The notes beneath the pieces are model-generated. The model was not told the DNA's origin, did no database searches, and saw nothing but the letters and a program-made list of their open reading frames with translations. The translations under genes were made by a program, and so were the position numbers. Below are positions 1 through 13,720 of a DNA stretch of 64,000 nt, piece after piece. This stretch comes from Octopus bimaculoides (taxonomy: Eukaryota). The first letter of the stretch is position 1; each line of letters begins with the position of its first letter. The stretch covers positions 96,434,022-96,498,021 of the forward strand of contig NC_068982.1 of NCBI RefSeq assembly GCF_001194135.2, given 5' to 3'.

Positions 1-255
1 GGACTGGCTTGTGCGGGTGGCACATAAAAGACACCATTTCGAGCGTGGCCGTTTTCGTGCGGGTGACACGTAAAAGCACCCACTACACTCTCTGAGTGGT
101 TGGCGTTAGGAAGGGCATCCAGCTGTAGAAACTCTGCCAAATCAGACTGGAGCCTGGTGTTGCCATCCGGTTTCACCAGTCCTCAGTCAAATCGTCCAAC
201 CCATGCTAGCATGGAAAGCGGACGTTAAACGATGATGATGATGATGATGATGATG
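1..255 (+). mobile_element. RTE LINE 3' UTR copy (5' end outside window) with (GAT)n tail; repeat family A
   Basis: Same sequence as the 3' part of 22006-22613 and 46758-47176, which begin with the last codons of an RTE-type ORF2; ends ...ggacgttaaac(gat)n. Confidence 0.8.
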
Positions 256-1279
256 CACACATGCATAATGCATACACACATAAATATCATTATCATTTTA
301 CTCCTGCTTTTCCATGCTGGTATGGATTGGATGGGTCGCTACAGTCTGAGTTAGATCTCCTGAGTTACTCCTACATGAATTGGGGGCCGCACACTGCTTG
401 TACTTTAGAATTTTTGGCATAGTTTTTATGGCTAGTTGTTCTTTCAATTGCCAGCCACTTTACAGTGGTTACTGGATGCGTTTTATTATGACATCAACAC
501 TGTTAGAATGATTATCTTGTCCCTAGAAAAAAATAAAATAAAAAGTGTTCCTTATGTAGTGTCTCATTCATTCATTGGCACAAGAAAGGTTGCCTCAGGC
601 TCATTTTTGTGTTACCTGACTGGGTGAGAAGAGAGCCAGAGTGACAGGATGATAGAAAAGAAATATTAACTTTACATGTGTTTGTTGGTGACAAGGACAT
701 CTTGCCTTAGAAAATCTGCCTCATCAAATTTCATCTGGCCCATGCAAACATGGAAAAGTCGACATTCAAACTATGATGATGATAATGAGGAAAACATAAG
801 TACACACATAAGCATACTATGTATGTAATGCATTATGACCACCACTGTGTCAACAAACTACACATCATCAGAGAAGGTTTGTTTTCTTATTATGCACACA
901 CACACTTATATAGAAATATTTAATATAAAATATTAAAAACAATTGCAAACAGTGTTGAGACATATAAACCATTATATTATTCACTTATTTTATTTTGTAA
1001 TATTATTATATATTCCACCATATATACTAGAATAGAGTATCAATGGCCAGCATGTTGTAAATGTACAATGAAAGGCATTGATGTGTATTATGTTGTAATA
1101 ATACAGATAAAACAAAACCAAATATAATAACATATGTGTTTTAAATGGCTGTCATAATTCTACCATGATGTTTCTGTTTCAGCATACAATCTCAGATTAA
1201 ATCTCTCACGAAAATAGTTAATACAACTCTGAAATATCTTTAGAATTTATCAAATAAAGATTTAACAGTATTATTTCTA

Positions 1280-1512
1280 ACATTAGCACAAGGCCATAAG
1301 TTTTGGAGAGCGTAGAGTTGATTAAGTTGAGTACATAACCAGTATTTGTTGTGTCGATCCCAAAAGGATGGAAAGCAATCATCCTTAAGAGGATTTTTGA
1401 ACTAAAAAACACAAAGCGGTTTCAAATTTTGGCAACTCAAAACATAAAGACAGACGAAATGCCACTCAGCATTTAGCTTGGCATGCTAATGATTCTGCCA
1501 GTTTGCCACCTT
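1280..1512 (-). mobile_element. Degenerate tRNA-derived SINE, family C
   Basis: Reverse complement follows the family C pattern (ctggcagaatcattagc...tttatgttttgagttgccaaaatttg...). Confidence 0.6.
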
Positions 1513-1953
1513 TGTGCAATTAAATAATGGTTTCAAATATTGTCAGCTCACTGCCCTCTTGGTAAAATTAAACATTGAAAAGAATTTCTTCCTCCACTCT
1601 CCTAATTCTCCCAAAATAATGGAAGTGGGAAATTGGTGGTCTTTAGAACTGGGAAAATTCTCTATACAGGCTTTTGGTTAATATTTGTGTAGTTTTTTTT
1701 CTTTCTTTTGGTGGTCTGAGTTTTTGCAGATTTTTGTTGATGTAAAGCACTAATAATTTTTGATTTTTTTTTTTTTACTAAGTTAATGGGGGGAAGAAGA
1801 AGAACATACTTAAAATCTTTGCAGGTCCTCTCAGGTTAAGGACATTGATGTATTTGAACAGTTGCTTTTCTTCTCCTCTTTCTCCTACTGCTGCTGCTGC
1901 CTGTTGTAGGTTGACATTGACTGTACTTGTTTGATAATCATCTCTGACAGACT

Positions 1954-2330
1954 TCATATGTGGGCTACAAGGCCTGCTCTTGATCTCCAGCGGCAATGAC
2001 ATCTGCTGTGGGTGAAACTACTTGGTGCAACAGGGAAGTGACGCCTCTTATATGCTCTTTCATATTCTGTCTGTTGTTCCTCCTCAATGGCTGGAATTAT
2101 GAGCTTCAGCAATAGGTGCCATTCATTGCACTGCTGAGCCTTCTCCTTCCAAGCATCTGGGGAAATGCCAGAATTCTTCATGTGTCTCCTCAGCACGTCC
2201 TTGTATTGCAATCTCTGACCACCACAGTTCTGCTTGCACCTGACATAGTTCAGCATCGAAACCTGTCTTTGGGAACCTGCTGCCCTCCGTCCTGCAAACA
2301 TGTCCTGCCCAATGCAACAACAGCAACTTC
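1954..2330 (-). pseudogene. RTE-clade (BovB-like) LINE ORF2 C-terminal fragment, frameshifted
   Basis: LHWAGHVCRTEGSRFPK, then GGQRLQYKDVLRRHMK...W...RAYKRR...C.CRWRSRAGLVAH, matching the RTE C-terminal RWAGHV / GGQ.KR.KD / SRxGLxxH pattern across two frames. Confidence 0.8.
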
Positions 2331-2589
2331 TATAACAGAAATAATAGTAATTGCTGTTGTTTAAAATACATTTGTTGCACACATTGACAACACAATTTAT
2401 ATAATGGCATTACATGTGAAAAAAATCGCAATATATATTTGTGTGTGTGTGAGAGAGATAGAGAAATAGAGAGTGAGTATGTGCTTGTATGTGGGGTGGG
2501 GGGCACTCTAAATTATTTTCTGTGACTTTTTACTATGACTTGACACCCCACCCCCACTCATGACTTTTTTCACCCTTGAATTCAATTTA

Positions 2590-3240
2590 CAGGTACCTAA
2601 AATGCAGCAGGTCGCACATGTATCTTGTTGTTAGCTTTGTGAATTTCATATTCAATGGTCTGATGAGAAAAAAAATTACTGACAAACATGTAAAAAGTGT
2701 GAATTGTTAGAATTTAGCTGCCTGTAAGTTGATCTATGTGCTTTTATAATAAATATTTTGGATGAGTAGTAGTATATTTCATAGAATATTGAAAATATGA
2801 AAATGAAGAGGTCGTTCTTATCAAATAATTGTAATCCACCTTCAACAACAGTAAAATGCTGCATGGCTCTAATTGACTTAAATTTCTTGCTACCGATTTG
2901 CACATGTTGTAACCCCCACTTCCCATTTCCCTACTTGTGTAGATCAGAGATAAACTTAGACTCCATTTTCTCTAGATAATGCTTTTTTGAAGACAAAATA
3001 TCGAAATAAAAAAGTGAAAATGATTTTTCTATATTTCACTTTTGCTTCCCTTTCTTCCAATTTGCATTATAGTAGCAGTAGCTGTCAAAAATGATATTGT
3101 TTCAAGAATAGTCCTTTTCCTTGTAGATAAAGAGCTTTTTGTTCAAATCACTCCTATCACTTTAGCATCATTGTGCTGCTTCAATTGATTTTCATTTAAT
3201 TCAGCTTCAAGGACTGATTTGTCTCAACACCACAAAACTA
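2590..3240 (-). mobile_element. Possible heavily decayed DNA-transposon transposase remnant (family uncertain)
   Basis: Scattered peptides across frames (QKALYLQG, YFVFKKALSRENGV, LNMKF..QDTCATC) recall a Cys-rich transposase N-terminal region; many stops. Confidence 0.25.
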
Positions 3241-3865
3241 AAATTATCAGTCCTTATGAGCTCTTTTTTGATTTTGGAATTTGAAGACTGTATAAAAGCG
3301 AATCAAATCCATATGCATACAACTTACGTCTAGATCACCTTAATCACCATATAGTGCGCACTAAATAAAGAACAATGCATTTCAAAAATTATTTGTATAC
3401 TTGGAACAGTTATTGCAGTTAGACACATACGCATATACCTTAGAAGGCCATTCAGTTGCTTATGCTTCACTCACTATGTTGCAATCAACAATTCACAGAT
3501 GCACAGCTTCATCTGTTTTTTTCTTGTATTGATACTACAGTGGCCTCTCTAGCTGCATACTCTCTTCACCAAGGCTCCTTACCTCACCCTGTCTCACCTC
3601 CCAGGCCCTGCACTAAACCTTCCTCCCAATACATTTTACTCAGAATGGCAACCCTCTAGAATCCCTTCCTATACATGCACTTCTTATAAACACTAACTTG
3701 CAACTGTTCTAATGGTTTCCTTAACTGTCCAAGTCTATCATTCACTATAGTCAGTTGAGGCTACATAGAGCAGCCAGAAATGGAAGTCATCAATTATTAT
3801 TAATAATGATTAGAGTATGCACATTCTTTCATACTGAAGTCATTTTGAAGCCTTAAAGTATAGTA

Positions 3866-4110
3866 TAGCTAACCCTGTTTAACACAGGGGTTTGGTTCCC
3901 CCAAAACACGGTGATATATGAATCATCATCACACACTTTGTAAATGGAATGAATGGTAGATTTATTAACACTTAACTTGTGGTCCACAGCAGTGAAGTGC
4001 CTACTGTTATGTATTTTCTTAATCATCTCTACCTTTACCTTTAGAGAATACATTTGTCTTTGTAGGTTGTTAGGATCAAATACCTTTGTATTTTTTCTTT
4101 TCACTGGTCT
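3866..4110 (-). mobile_element. Tigger/pogo-like element: TIR plus psq/CENP-B HTH fragment, internally deleted
   Basis: RQMYSLKVKVEMIKK...AVDHKLSVNKSTIHSIYK resembles the Tigger N-terminal HTH; TA followed by a TIR-like tagctaaccctgtttaacacaggggtttggttcc at 3864. Confidence 0.6.
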
Positions 4111-4149
4111 CGTGTTGATAAGTATGTGGTAAATCATCATCATTTAGAT

Positions 4150-5600
4150 CTCCAACAATTTGCAACCATGGATGCCATATTACAACAGCTTCGTCAAGAA
4201 CACCTGTGACCTCTTGCCTTTTTCTCTCAGCAGCTGAAATCTTCTGAGACACATTACAGCACCTTTGATCGCAAATTGTTGGCTACCTAAATGAAGCATT
4301 TCCAGCATATCCTTGAAGGGAGGAACTTTACCATTTATACAGATCATAAGCCTCTTACTTTTGCCTTGCAGTCCAAGCCTGAGAAGTATTCACCAATGGA
4401 GACTAGACACCTGGACTTGGCATCTCAATTTACCAGTGATATCCAGCACATCCCTGATGCATTGTCCCACTTGCCAGTGAATTCTTTGTCATCCACTCTG
4501 GAAATCGACCTGACTGTTTTGTCCTCAGGTGAACTTCCTCTGGACTCACTTGATGCATCTTCTTCTGAGTTTGCGACATGCAAATTCAAGTACCTGCTTC
4601 TACCAATAGCTGACATGCAGATTTTGTGTGATTTGTCAACAGATTTGCCTCGTCCTTTCATCCCAGGGACCCATCGACAAGCTATATTCGAAGCTTTGCA
4701 CAGTCTTTCACACCCTGGAGTCTCAGCCTCAGTAAAGCTCATAATGGCTAGATTCTTCTGGCCAAATATGAGAATGCTCTTGATCTTGCCTCCTATACCA
4801 AAAGTCGAAGGTGCACAAACACATCCATGCTTCTTTTGGCACTTTTAATACTCCTGATGCATGTTTCCGCCACATTCATAGTGGGATGCTGGCCTGTCAG
4901 TCATGGATATGTGTACATCCTAACCTGCATTGACTGTTTCACCCAGTGGCCTGAAGTCATTCTGCTAGGTGATATTTCTGCTGAACAGTAGCATAAGCCC
5001 TGGCATCAGGCTGGATATTGCATTACAATGTTCCTACCACTATTACTGCAGACCGTGGTAGACAATTTGAATCTCACCTTTTTTTAGAACTCACAAAAAT
5101 CATCAGTGCTCAATGAATCTGTACTGCCAGTTATCATCCTGCATCTAATGGAATGGCGGAGTGCTTCCAGTTGAAAGTCGCGTTTTGTGCCTATCCTAAT
5201 ATTCAACGTTGGAATGAGTACCTCCCCATAGTACTCCTCTGTATCCAGACTTCGCTTAAGGAGAACCTTGGATTCTCCCCAGCTGAGCTGTTGTATGATG
5301 CTCCTTTGTCTTTACCAGGGCAGATGCTTACCCCAGTTGATCTTTCTACTCAGGATCCTGCACTTTACATGAATCGCCTTTGTACTTTCAAGTCCTACTA
5401 CCCATGGGTACTCAGCACCAAGCCGTTAAACCTTCAGTCTCGAGGAACATTGCCTTGTGGATCCATACATTTGTTAGAAATGATGCAGTGAGAAGTCCTC
5501 TCACTCCACCTTACTCTGAGCCTTATTGTGTGCTTGCACGCTCAGACAAACCTGTTACAATAGACTTTAATGATTCCAGAGACACTGTCTCTGTACATAG
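4150..5600 (+). pseudogene. Ty3/Gypsy LTR retrotransposon pol remnant (RNase H, integrase), multiple frameshifts and stops
   Basis: PLAFFSQQL..SETHYSTFDRKLLA, FTIYTDHKPLTFA, integrase HHCC start (FEALHSLSHPGVSAS..LIMARFFWPNM), [48 protein letters not shown]. Confidence 0.92.
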
Positions 5601-5609
5601 AAGAGGGCC

Positions 5610-6062
5610 TACACAGATACTAATACTCAGGAGCCACATACCCCCCACCCACACACGCACACGCTGCCCCACAAACATGATATCAGCTACAACTTTGCTT
5701 CAAAATGAGCGGTACATTCTTATTCTTATTAGCTTACAACGGCTTCCATATAACCGTTCTGTGTACGAAGTAAGTCATGAGATTTTTCCTGTCTTGCATA
5801 CACGTATATTTGGTTCACATACACATGCAGACTAATCATAGTTACTACTTGCCAGCACTTGTTTTATTTAAATAAAGTTTACAATGTTTCATTGTAAATG
5901 AACTGCCTTCTGAATATTCTTTATTTGTGTTTATTAAAAAGGACATTGAAATAGATTCTCTCATGTATACTCATCGTACATTAAATCATAGAACACTCAC
6001 TCTAAATTAGTCACTACACACACCACTTTACAACTGAACCCACATTACACATTGGTGACGAC
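5610..6062 (+). mobile_element. Possible Gypsy LTR followed by a PBS-like motif
   Basis: Follows the integrase end; AATAAA at about 5871; ends ...attacaca then ttggtgacgac (TGG-starting PBS-like). No clear PPT or TG start. Confidence 0.3.
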
Positions 6063-6084
6063 TACTATTACTTTAGTAACATGC

Positions 6085-6290
6085 TATACGTCCATTTGTT
6101 CATGCTGGCATGGACTGGATGATCTGAGCAGAGCTGGTAAGCTGAAAGCCTGCACCAGACTCGAGTCTGATTTGGCATGGTGTCTATAGCTGTATGCCCT
6201 TCTTAATGCCAACCACTCTGAGAGTGTAACGGGTGTTTTTATGTGCCACCAGCATGGATACCAGTTGTGTGACATTGTATCAGCCATGAC
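6085..6290 (-). mobile_element. Older RTE 3' UTR copy (family A)
   Basis: Reverse complement of ggcacataaaa...ctcagagtggttggcattaagaagggcatacagc. Confidence 0.7.
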
Positions 6291-7015
6291 TACGATTTCA
6301 TTTGGCTTGATGGATCTTCCTTCTCAAGCACAGCATATCACCAGATGTCTCGCAGTGATTAAATATACATAAAAAAAAATACACAATCTTGCAGCAGTCA
6401 TGTAAACACAATAACCAGTGCATCCTGGGTAGCTCAGTGTTGTGAGTGGTTGCTGGAACACATTTTTCCAGTACAAGCAGAATTTTCAACTGATCATCAA
6501 CCTGTGATATCACTGAAGAATCTGTGATATGTGTAATATAGTTCATAATTGAGGATATTGTGTTATCTTGGATCAATGATCAATAGATCAGTGATAAATG
6601 AAGCTACTTGTAGTTTTGTAGTGCTTATTAAATAGACGTAGTTTTCATATAAATGTGTTTATTTCCTAAGAGGACTAGCTTTTGAGCCATACTTGGAAGG
6701 TTTACCAAGGAGTCCACTTAATGTTTCATTTCTTTTCAAATTGTTCTTAAGAACCCATAATTATAACAGCAGTTCTTGTATCTCCTTCAGACTTTTGTAT
6801 TTGGAGAGTTGTCCAACTATTTCCACTTACATATTTTTGTCAGTAACATTAGTGTTGAACCTTTAATCTTTACTGACAATGTCAGACTGGTTTTACATGC
6901 ATGCATGTATCGTACGTACGTATATCGTACAGAACAACTATGCTGCTATCACTTGTTACATTGTATTGGGGTTATAATAATTTTCATCAGTTGTAATATT
7001 TGTAGACTTCTGTAG

Positions 7016-7420
7016 TCATAGGCATGGTTGTGTGGTCAAGAAGCTCACTTTGTAACCATGTGGTTTCAGGTTCAGCCCAACTGCACAACAGTTTGAGCTA
7101 GTGTTTGCTTCTATAGCCCTGGGCTGACTAATGCCTTGTGAGTGAATATGGCCGATGGAAACTGTGTGGAAACCTATCGTGTGTATGTGTGTATTTTTGT
7201 AATTGTGTCTTTCTGTCTTCCCCATTACTCAACCAGTGTTGCATTGTTTACATATCTGTAACTCAGTAGTTCAGCAAAAGAGACTACTGGAATAAGTATC
7301 TGACTTAAGAATAAGTCCTGGGGTTCATTTGTTTAATCAAAACCCTTCAATCCAATGACTGAATCAAGTAAAAAAAGCCCCACAATCCAATGACTGAATC
7401 ATGTAAAAATAAAAGACATT
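7016..7420 (+). mobile_element. tRNA-derived SINE, family B
   Basis: Head ggcatggttgtgtggtcaagaag...ggttcagccc; body gccttgtgagtgaatatggccgatggaaactg; matches 35406-35990. Confidence 0.75.
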
Positions 7421-7899
7421 CAAAGCTACTTTGTCATTGTTTTTGTTTAACCCTTTAGAGACAACCCATGATCATAAACATTGAAACTGTGACCTTCCCA
7501 ACCTTCCTCCCCGCTAGACTTTGTGTATCCAATTCTGCATAAGTCATAATATGCTTTTACTTGTTTTAAGATTGTTGAATGTAAATTCAAAGGATGGTTG
7601 AGGAATCTCTTCCCCACATTTCTAATATAAAACCACTTGCTGACAAGGCCTATATAAACCAATATGACAGGAATAGTTTAAATTTTAAGACCAAATCAGT
7701 AATTTAATATATGTCACATAGCTATGAATTTGTAAAATTTTAAATTCATTATTTTCATCTTTATAGATAGATGCACGATATCCCCCCCACACACACACAC
7801 ACACATACACAAATTGTTATGCACCTGTAGCTCATTATTGGTACTAAAAAAAAAGTCTCCATAGCAACCAGCTAAGACATAATTTTCTCAAAATTACTG

Positions 7900-8150
7900 C
7901 ACATTTGGTATTTGGGCTTGGTGTCCTGTCCCACCAAATAATTTTGATGGTAACCAGTTTGGGAGAAATCTCCCTCTCTCTTGTCTGGTGTAAACTTTGG
8001 AGGTAGATACAGCTTTGATCTTTGCTAAGGTTCTTCTAATTTATGTCTTTCGAATTGTTCATAGAAGACTTTTGATTGCCATTTTGCATTATCCTCTAAT
8101 TGAATTTTTTTTTCTCTTCTGATTTAATATTTTTGCTTCTCATATTAAAT
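7900..8150 (-). pseudogene. Possible R4/Dong-clade LINE C-terminal remnant
   Basis: WQSKVFYEQFERH...YHQNYLVGQDTKPKYQMC resembles the W..K.LHGQF.R...KCR.C pattern. Confidence 0.35.
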
Positions 8151-9631
8151 TCTTCTGTGTAGGAAGTTTGTGTGTGTGTGCTTTCCTATTGTTATGATAT
8201 ATTTTTGTATTCCTTATATATAGTAATAGTTGATATGAGCGTTGTTGAAATAGCACAAATAGTAGTGCTAAAATTTATACTTAACTTTGTTTTATTTTAC
8301 TACTTCATGTTTCTGTACTCAAAAACTGTCCAAGTCAACCTTCATCTCACTTTCAGTACTGATTCCTGATTCATAAATTTGATGTATTTGGAAACTTCCT
8401 GATTCTGTGTTCAAGTTTTGTATGGTTTTGGAACTTAACAGCTATTAAGTATACCCAAGGATAGTTACTATATTTTCTTATTATATAGATTCTTGAAGAT
8501 GGAATGAAAAATAGAAGTTACAATATAATACTGACTGAGAAGTGTATCTGCATCAATTCAATAATTGATCAAGAAAATACTATTAGATGAGAACAATGAT
8601 AATTAAAAAGATTGCGATGCTCTTGATGGTTATTTTGTATGATGATGACAACAATGATAATTATGATTGTGATGCTGGTGCTAGTGATGATAATGATTAT
8701 TGTTGTTATTGTTTAACTTCAGGATAACTCTCATTGAATAGACCTAGGATTAAAGACATTTCTGCCATGACCATCCAGTTTTAGTTTTCAAACATATATT
8801 TAGACTATATTATGCATTCTGTTTTTTTTTTTAAGACAAGGATGGTTTGGCTGTTATTTCTAGTATATTAAATGATCATGTAGAGACTCATTTGTTGAGT
8901 TGTCTCTGATGGTCATGACGAAGGGGGGGGGGGGTTTAGTGATGATGATGATGATAATGGTGATGCTGTTGATGATAGTAATGATGGCTGTGATGAAGAT
9001 ACCAGCAATAAAGTTGGTTTCATTGATGATTAACGATTGTCAGCTTGTTGTTCAGTCTTATATCAGTTTTGATTGAGCTGACTTAAAGTCAGACATTCTG
9101 GTCATTACTATCTTGCTATTTTGTATACTAGGGAAAACATTGTCTATTGTACCCTTCATTTTTTTTAGGGTAGCAGGGTGTGATTTGAAGGAGATATGCC
9201 TGCTATTTCTAACTGATTGAACAACAGTATGGTTGTGGTAGGGGTTACTATAGTGGTAGTATTGGTAATAGTAGTTGTTAAGACAATGATGTTTATGACA
9301 TTGATGATGATGCTAATAATAATACAAACAAGGCAATCCCTTATGATAACATCTGTATTTATCATTAGAAAGATATCAGCTTTCAGACAATATCTTGTTG
9401 CTTTGTGTTCAATAAGATTTTTGTTGAGTCAAACAAACACTTGCTGTAATTTAGTTAGTCATCATTCAAATTCCACACTACCACCACTATTACTGCCATT
9501 GCCACCACCACCATCACTGCCACCATCACCATCTATACTGAACTGTCAATTGGTCAGAGGACCATTTGAGGCTTTATGCTTTTATGAAAAGACAGAATGT
9601 TAAAACTAAATGAATTATCTTGTTTTTACAG

Positions 9632-9680
9632 CTGCAAGGTAGAGAAGGTTTACTAGTGCTGGAATATGGTGGTTCAGAAG
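9632..9680 (+). CDS. Candidate internal exon of an unidentified host gene (LQGREGLLVLEYGGSE)
   Basis: Acceptor ttatcttgtttttacag, donor GAAG|gtgaga, 49 nt, only one open frame; protein not recognised. Confidence 0.4.
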
Positions 9681-10498
9681 GTGAGAAGGTAGGGAAGGGC
9701 AAACTAGGAATATGTATAAGCATGTGCACGTGCACATCACTCCCCCCCTCTCATATTTATATACACACACACACTTGTTTGTGCTTTATGTCCCTTTTTA
9801 GAAAAGAGATGTTATATTATGATGATGGTAGAACACCCATTTCAGGACACCACCAAGGGCCAACTGTACTATAGTATTTATCCCATTATACTATTTCATC
9901 TGTTTATTTTTATTTGAGAAGTATTGAACTTCAAGATTATTTTACTTATGTGGTATCTGTTGGCTCACATTTGTTGATGTGGCAGTTGAGTTCTACAAAA
10001 GAAGGATGAGCAGAAAATATTACATCTATTACTTGGTGGGAGAATATTTCAGTTTCATGTCTGAGAAGTTACAGTTACTGTTATTGATGTTTAGCCCTAA
10101 GCTGACTCTGACCAAACAGACCTATGATCAAAAAGCATTCCGTCTATGATCATTCCATCATCCTTGTTAGCTCAGAAATAGTGTACTTTTGACTGTATTA
10201 TCCAACAGGGGGAGGCAATCACTGCTGCTACTGTTCCCATTCACCTTCCCCAGTATCTGTTATCTTTTCTATTTTTACTTGTTTCAGTCATTAGACTCTG
10301 GCCATACTGGGGCACTGCCTTGAAGAGTTTTAGTCAAACATATCAACCCCAGTACTTATATATTTTTAATACTTGGTACTTATTCTATCAGTCTCTGTTG
10401 CCAAACCACTAAGTTACAGGGAGATGAACATACCAACACTAGTTGTCAAGTGGTGGTTGGAGACAGATATACACAAACACACACACACAATGGAATGC

Positions 10499-10500
<2 letters not shown>

Positions 10501-10551
<51 letters not shown>
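10501..10551. repeat. (CA)n microsatellite
   Basis: Directly visible. Confidence 0.95.
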
Positions 10552-10555
<4 letters not shown>

Positions 10556-10584
10556 TCAAAGCTTTGGTCAGGTTTCAAACTAAC

Positions 10585-10920
10585 ACAGTTGATATCACAC
10601 CAAACAAAATACTTAGTGGCATTTCGTCCATCTTTACATTCTGAGTTCAAATTCTACCAAGATTGACTTTACCTTTCATCCTTTCAGGGTTGATAAAATA
10701 AGTACCAGTTGAGCACTGGGGTTGATGTAATCTACTTACACCCTACCCAAAATTTGCTGGCTTTATGCCAAAATTTGAAACCATTATTGTTATCATCATC
10801 ATCATCATCAAGAGTGATAAATTGGTAAGCTCATTAGTGCATTGGAAAAGTACTCTGCAGTATTTCTTCCCGCTCTTTACATTTTGAGTTCAAATCCTGC
10901 AGAAGCTAACTTTGCTTTTC
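10585..10920 (+). mobile_element. Two tandem family C SINE copies
   Basis: ttctgagttcaaattct...aataagtaccagttgagcactgggg; (ATC)n spacer; second partial copy. Confidence 0.7.
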
Positions 10921-13720
10921 ATTTCAATTTCCAATCTTAATCTCTTGAATGATTTATTTTGATATTGTTCATGATGCTTCAATGACAAAAAGAATGACCT
11001 CCTCTTACATTTCTCATAGCTAGCTGAAGTAACAGGTTAGTTAATTCATCTGTTGCTTTTAGAAATAGTGTTTGATTTACTTAGGAAGGTTAAGAGAAAG
11101 GAAAGTAGTTTTGTTTATATATGTACATATCAATACATTAGCAGTATTATTTATTATTAAATAGCCAATCTCTAACGCCGAAAAAAGGAACAGATCTGAA
11201 CAGTGCTGTCAACTCACCAGTAGTTTGACAATGCTCCACAGTAACTGTGCATATATGCACGTAATCACAAACAAACTCCCACGTATATACACACGTGTGT
11301 GCACCAACCCACCCACACATGTATGATGTTTTCTCTAGTTCAACCGTGACATAGTGACTTAAAATCAATGTTCTTCCAGCTATAACATTTTTATACTTTT
11401 ATATATCGAGAACTATATTGTTCAGTGTACCCTTCCTTTTTGGTAGGGTGTGATATATGGGAATTTGACTACTATTTCTCATAGGCTAAGTGATTGCATA
11501 GAAGCTTCATGTGTATGTGGTCAACTGTTAAAAGAGAAGATTCTAACATTTTTAAAGAACTCTATCTAAATCAACAATCTTACACTTACCCCTTTCTCAC
11601 ACCACCCAAAAGAAAAAAAAAGAGCAAAAAATAATGTTTAACTATTCCATATATATTTTCAAGTGTAAACAAACACAAAAGACAGATCAAATTCTTCAAT
11701 CTATACGGGTGGTCTACTGATACTAAATATAACTTATGAAGTTAAAGAACCTGACAACAGTACTTGTTCATACTAACTGCAATATAAGAATAGAGTGCAA
11801 AACATTTATGGCACTGGTATTAAGTTTCTAATACCAACTGGAATTATTTCAGATGTTTACAGAAAAGAATTTTGAAGATCATACAAATAAAAGATTGTAT
11901 TGTTTATATGAAATTTCTCTTGTTCTCAGAGGATGGGTAGGAGATGCAGGTGTGGAAAACTTACACAATATATATAACAAATGGTGATGCTGTAAATCCC
12001 AATAAACTGAATCTCAAGTGCCAGTTTCAATCTCCAGTTATGGCTATTTCATAACTCCTACATTGGTAAACTTTGAATATGATACCTGTCAATGTTCTGA
12101 AACATGTTTTGGTTGATCATTCATTGACATCTAGACCCTCTCACAAAAGGCCTTGTTTTAGCATCCCACATGGTCATTGGGTCTGTTATAAGCATATGAA
12201 CCAGGCCCCAAATCTTTTCCCCACCAACATTTTTCCCTTCAACTATTGATGTTGAGTTTTTGCTGTGGGAACTGCCTCTTCTTTTCCTCTGATTAATTTA
12301 GAGTTGAATCTATCAAATCAAGATATAAAAGTAAATATGTATCTTTTCTTTTGTATTTGAGAATTTTTTACTGTTTGTGTGTGTGTGTGGGGGGGGTGTT
12401 TCTATTTTGATGTTTCATAGGGATTATACAGGTTCTTAGGTCATTTCTAATCCTACATAGAGATAGTTATAGTGTTAGATATAATTTTGTCTGAAAATAT
12501 GGTATAGCAATCTATAAATATAACATAGCATCATTATGAAGGGCATCCAGCTATAGAAACCATGCCAAAGCAGACATTGGAGCTTGACACAGTTGTCCAA
12601 CTCATCAGCTTCTGCAAAACCATCTGACCCATGCATGGAAAACAGATGTCAAGCAGTGATGATGATGAAATTACAATCTGTAAACATAGTATAGCATCAT
12701 CAAATTGCCATCATAAAGTGAATATGAAGCATTAAGTATGTAAGGGTGTTATTATCTGAATACTATTATGTTTGTAATATAAACATTTTATTGAGAGTCA
12801 CATCCAGTTGAGTTGATAGAATGGTGAATTGCTGACTGAAGAGTCAATTCTACATATTACATTACATCACTGGTACTGTACCTTATCAGCAGCCTTAAGA
12901 TTGATAACTTGCAAATGGCCCTTTACTGTAAAAATGTTCCTTGGATTGATAAAAACTTATGTCTAAGTAAGTAGTTGAGCATTATATAAACTACCAAGCA
13001 TTTCTTCACCTTGTAGTGATATAGGTACACTGTATAGACAAAATCTTAATATGATTTCCCAATACTTTACTGAATTCTGAGGTGAGAATCAACACCCTAC
13101 AAATATTCTTCTGTTTGTATTTCTGAAATGTGATAAAAATATTTTATTCTGTTGTGCTAGGCGGGCTACATGATGTCCTGAAGATATTGTATTGCTCAGT
13201 TCATTAAATCTCTTAAACAATGGAATGTAACAATTCAGGTGTATCAGTAATCAGCCATGCATTACTTACATCTCTTCAACTAAGATAAGCTGTTGCTTGA
13301 CATTTTACTGAAAATAGTTTAACAAAAAGCAGCTGTAATTTTACAACTATTATTACGAAAGGCATTTCAAAAGTTCTGGAGAAATTAACACCAATGACTC
13401 TTACACTTATTGATACTGAATATGTAGAAAACTATCTTGGCTATCTTGTTCATTTGTTTCTTATATTTTACATTTGAAGTGGTATATCAATACTGATAAT
13501 TTCATTGTCAGTCGTGTGTCTGTGTGTGTTTGAAAATAAGACATGTTCCAGTATTGTCATTTGAATACTCTGCACCATAAGAAAAGCTGTCAAGCATTTG
13601 TGATGAAATTAAATATCTGATGGCTATCATTACTGTGGTCTCTGCTTCAACTATCTTCCATATATCTTTCCTTTCTTTAAGAAGCCAAATAACTTTGTTG
13701 TTTGGGTGGTGATTTTGATA

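Noticed and set aside
10373-10666. ORFs rich in HT, CV, IY, TTT or MMM runs (also about 14527, 20142, 29889, 30806, 35439, 46535, 54336, 61982)
   Set aside because: They are translations of (CA)n, (TA)n and triplet microsatellites or run through N gaps.
11750-12120. Penelope GIY-YIG remnant (CQFQSP...HNSYIGK)
   Set aside because: Only a few residues across frameshifts; not distinguishable from chance by eye.
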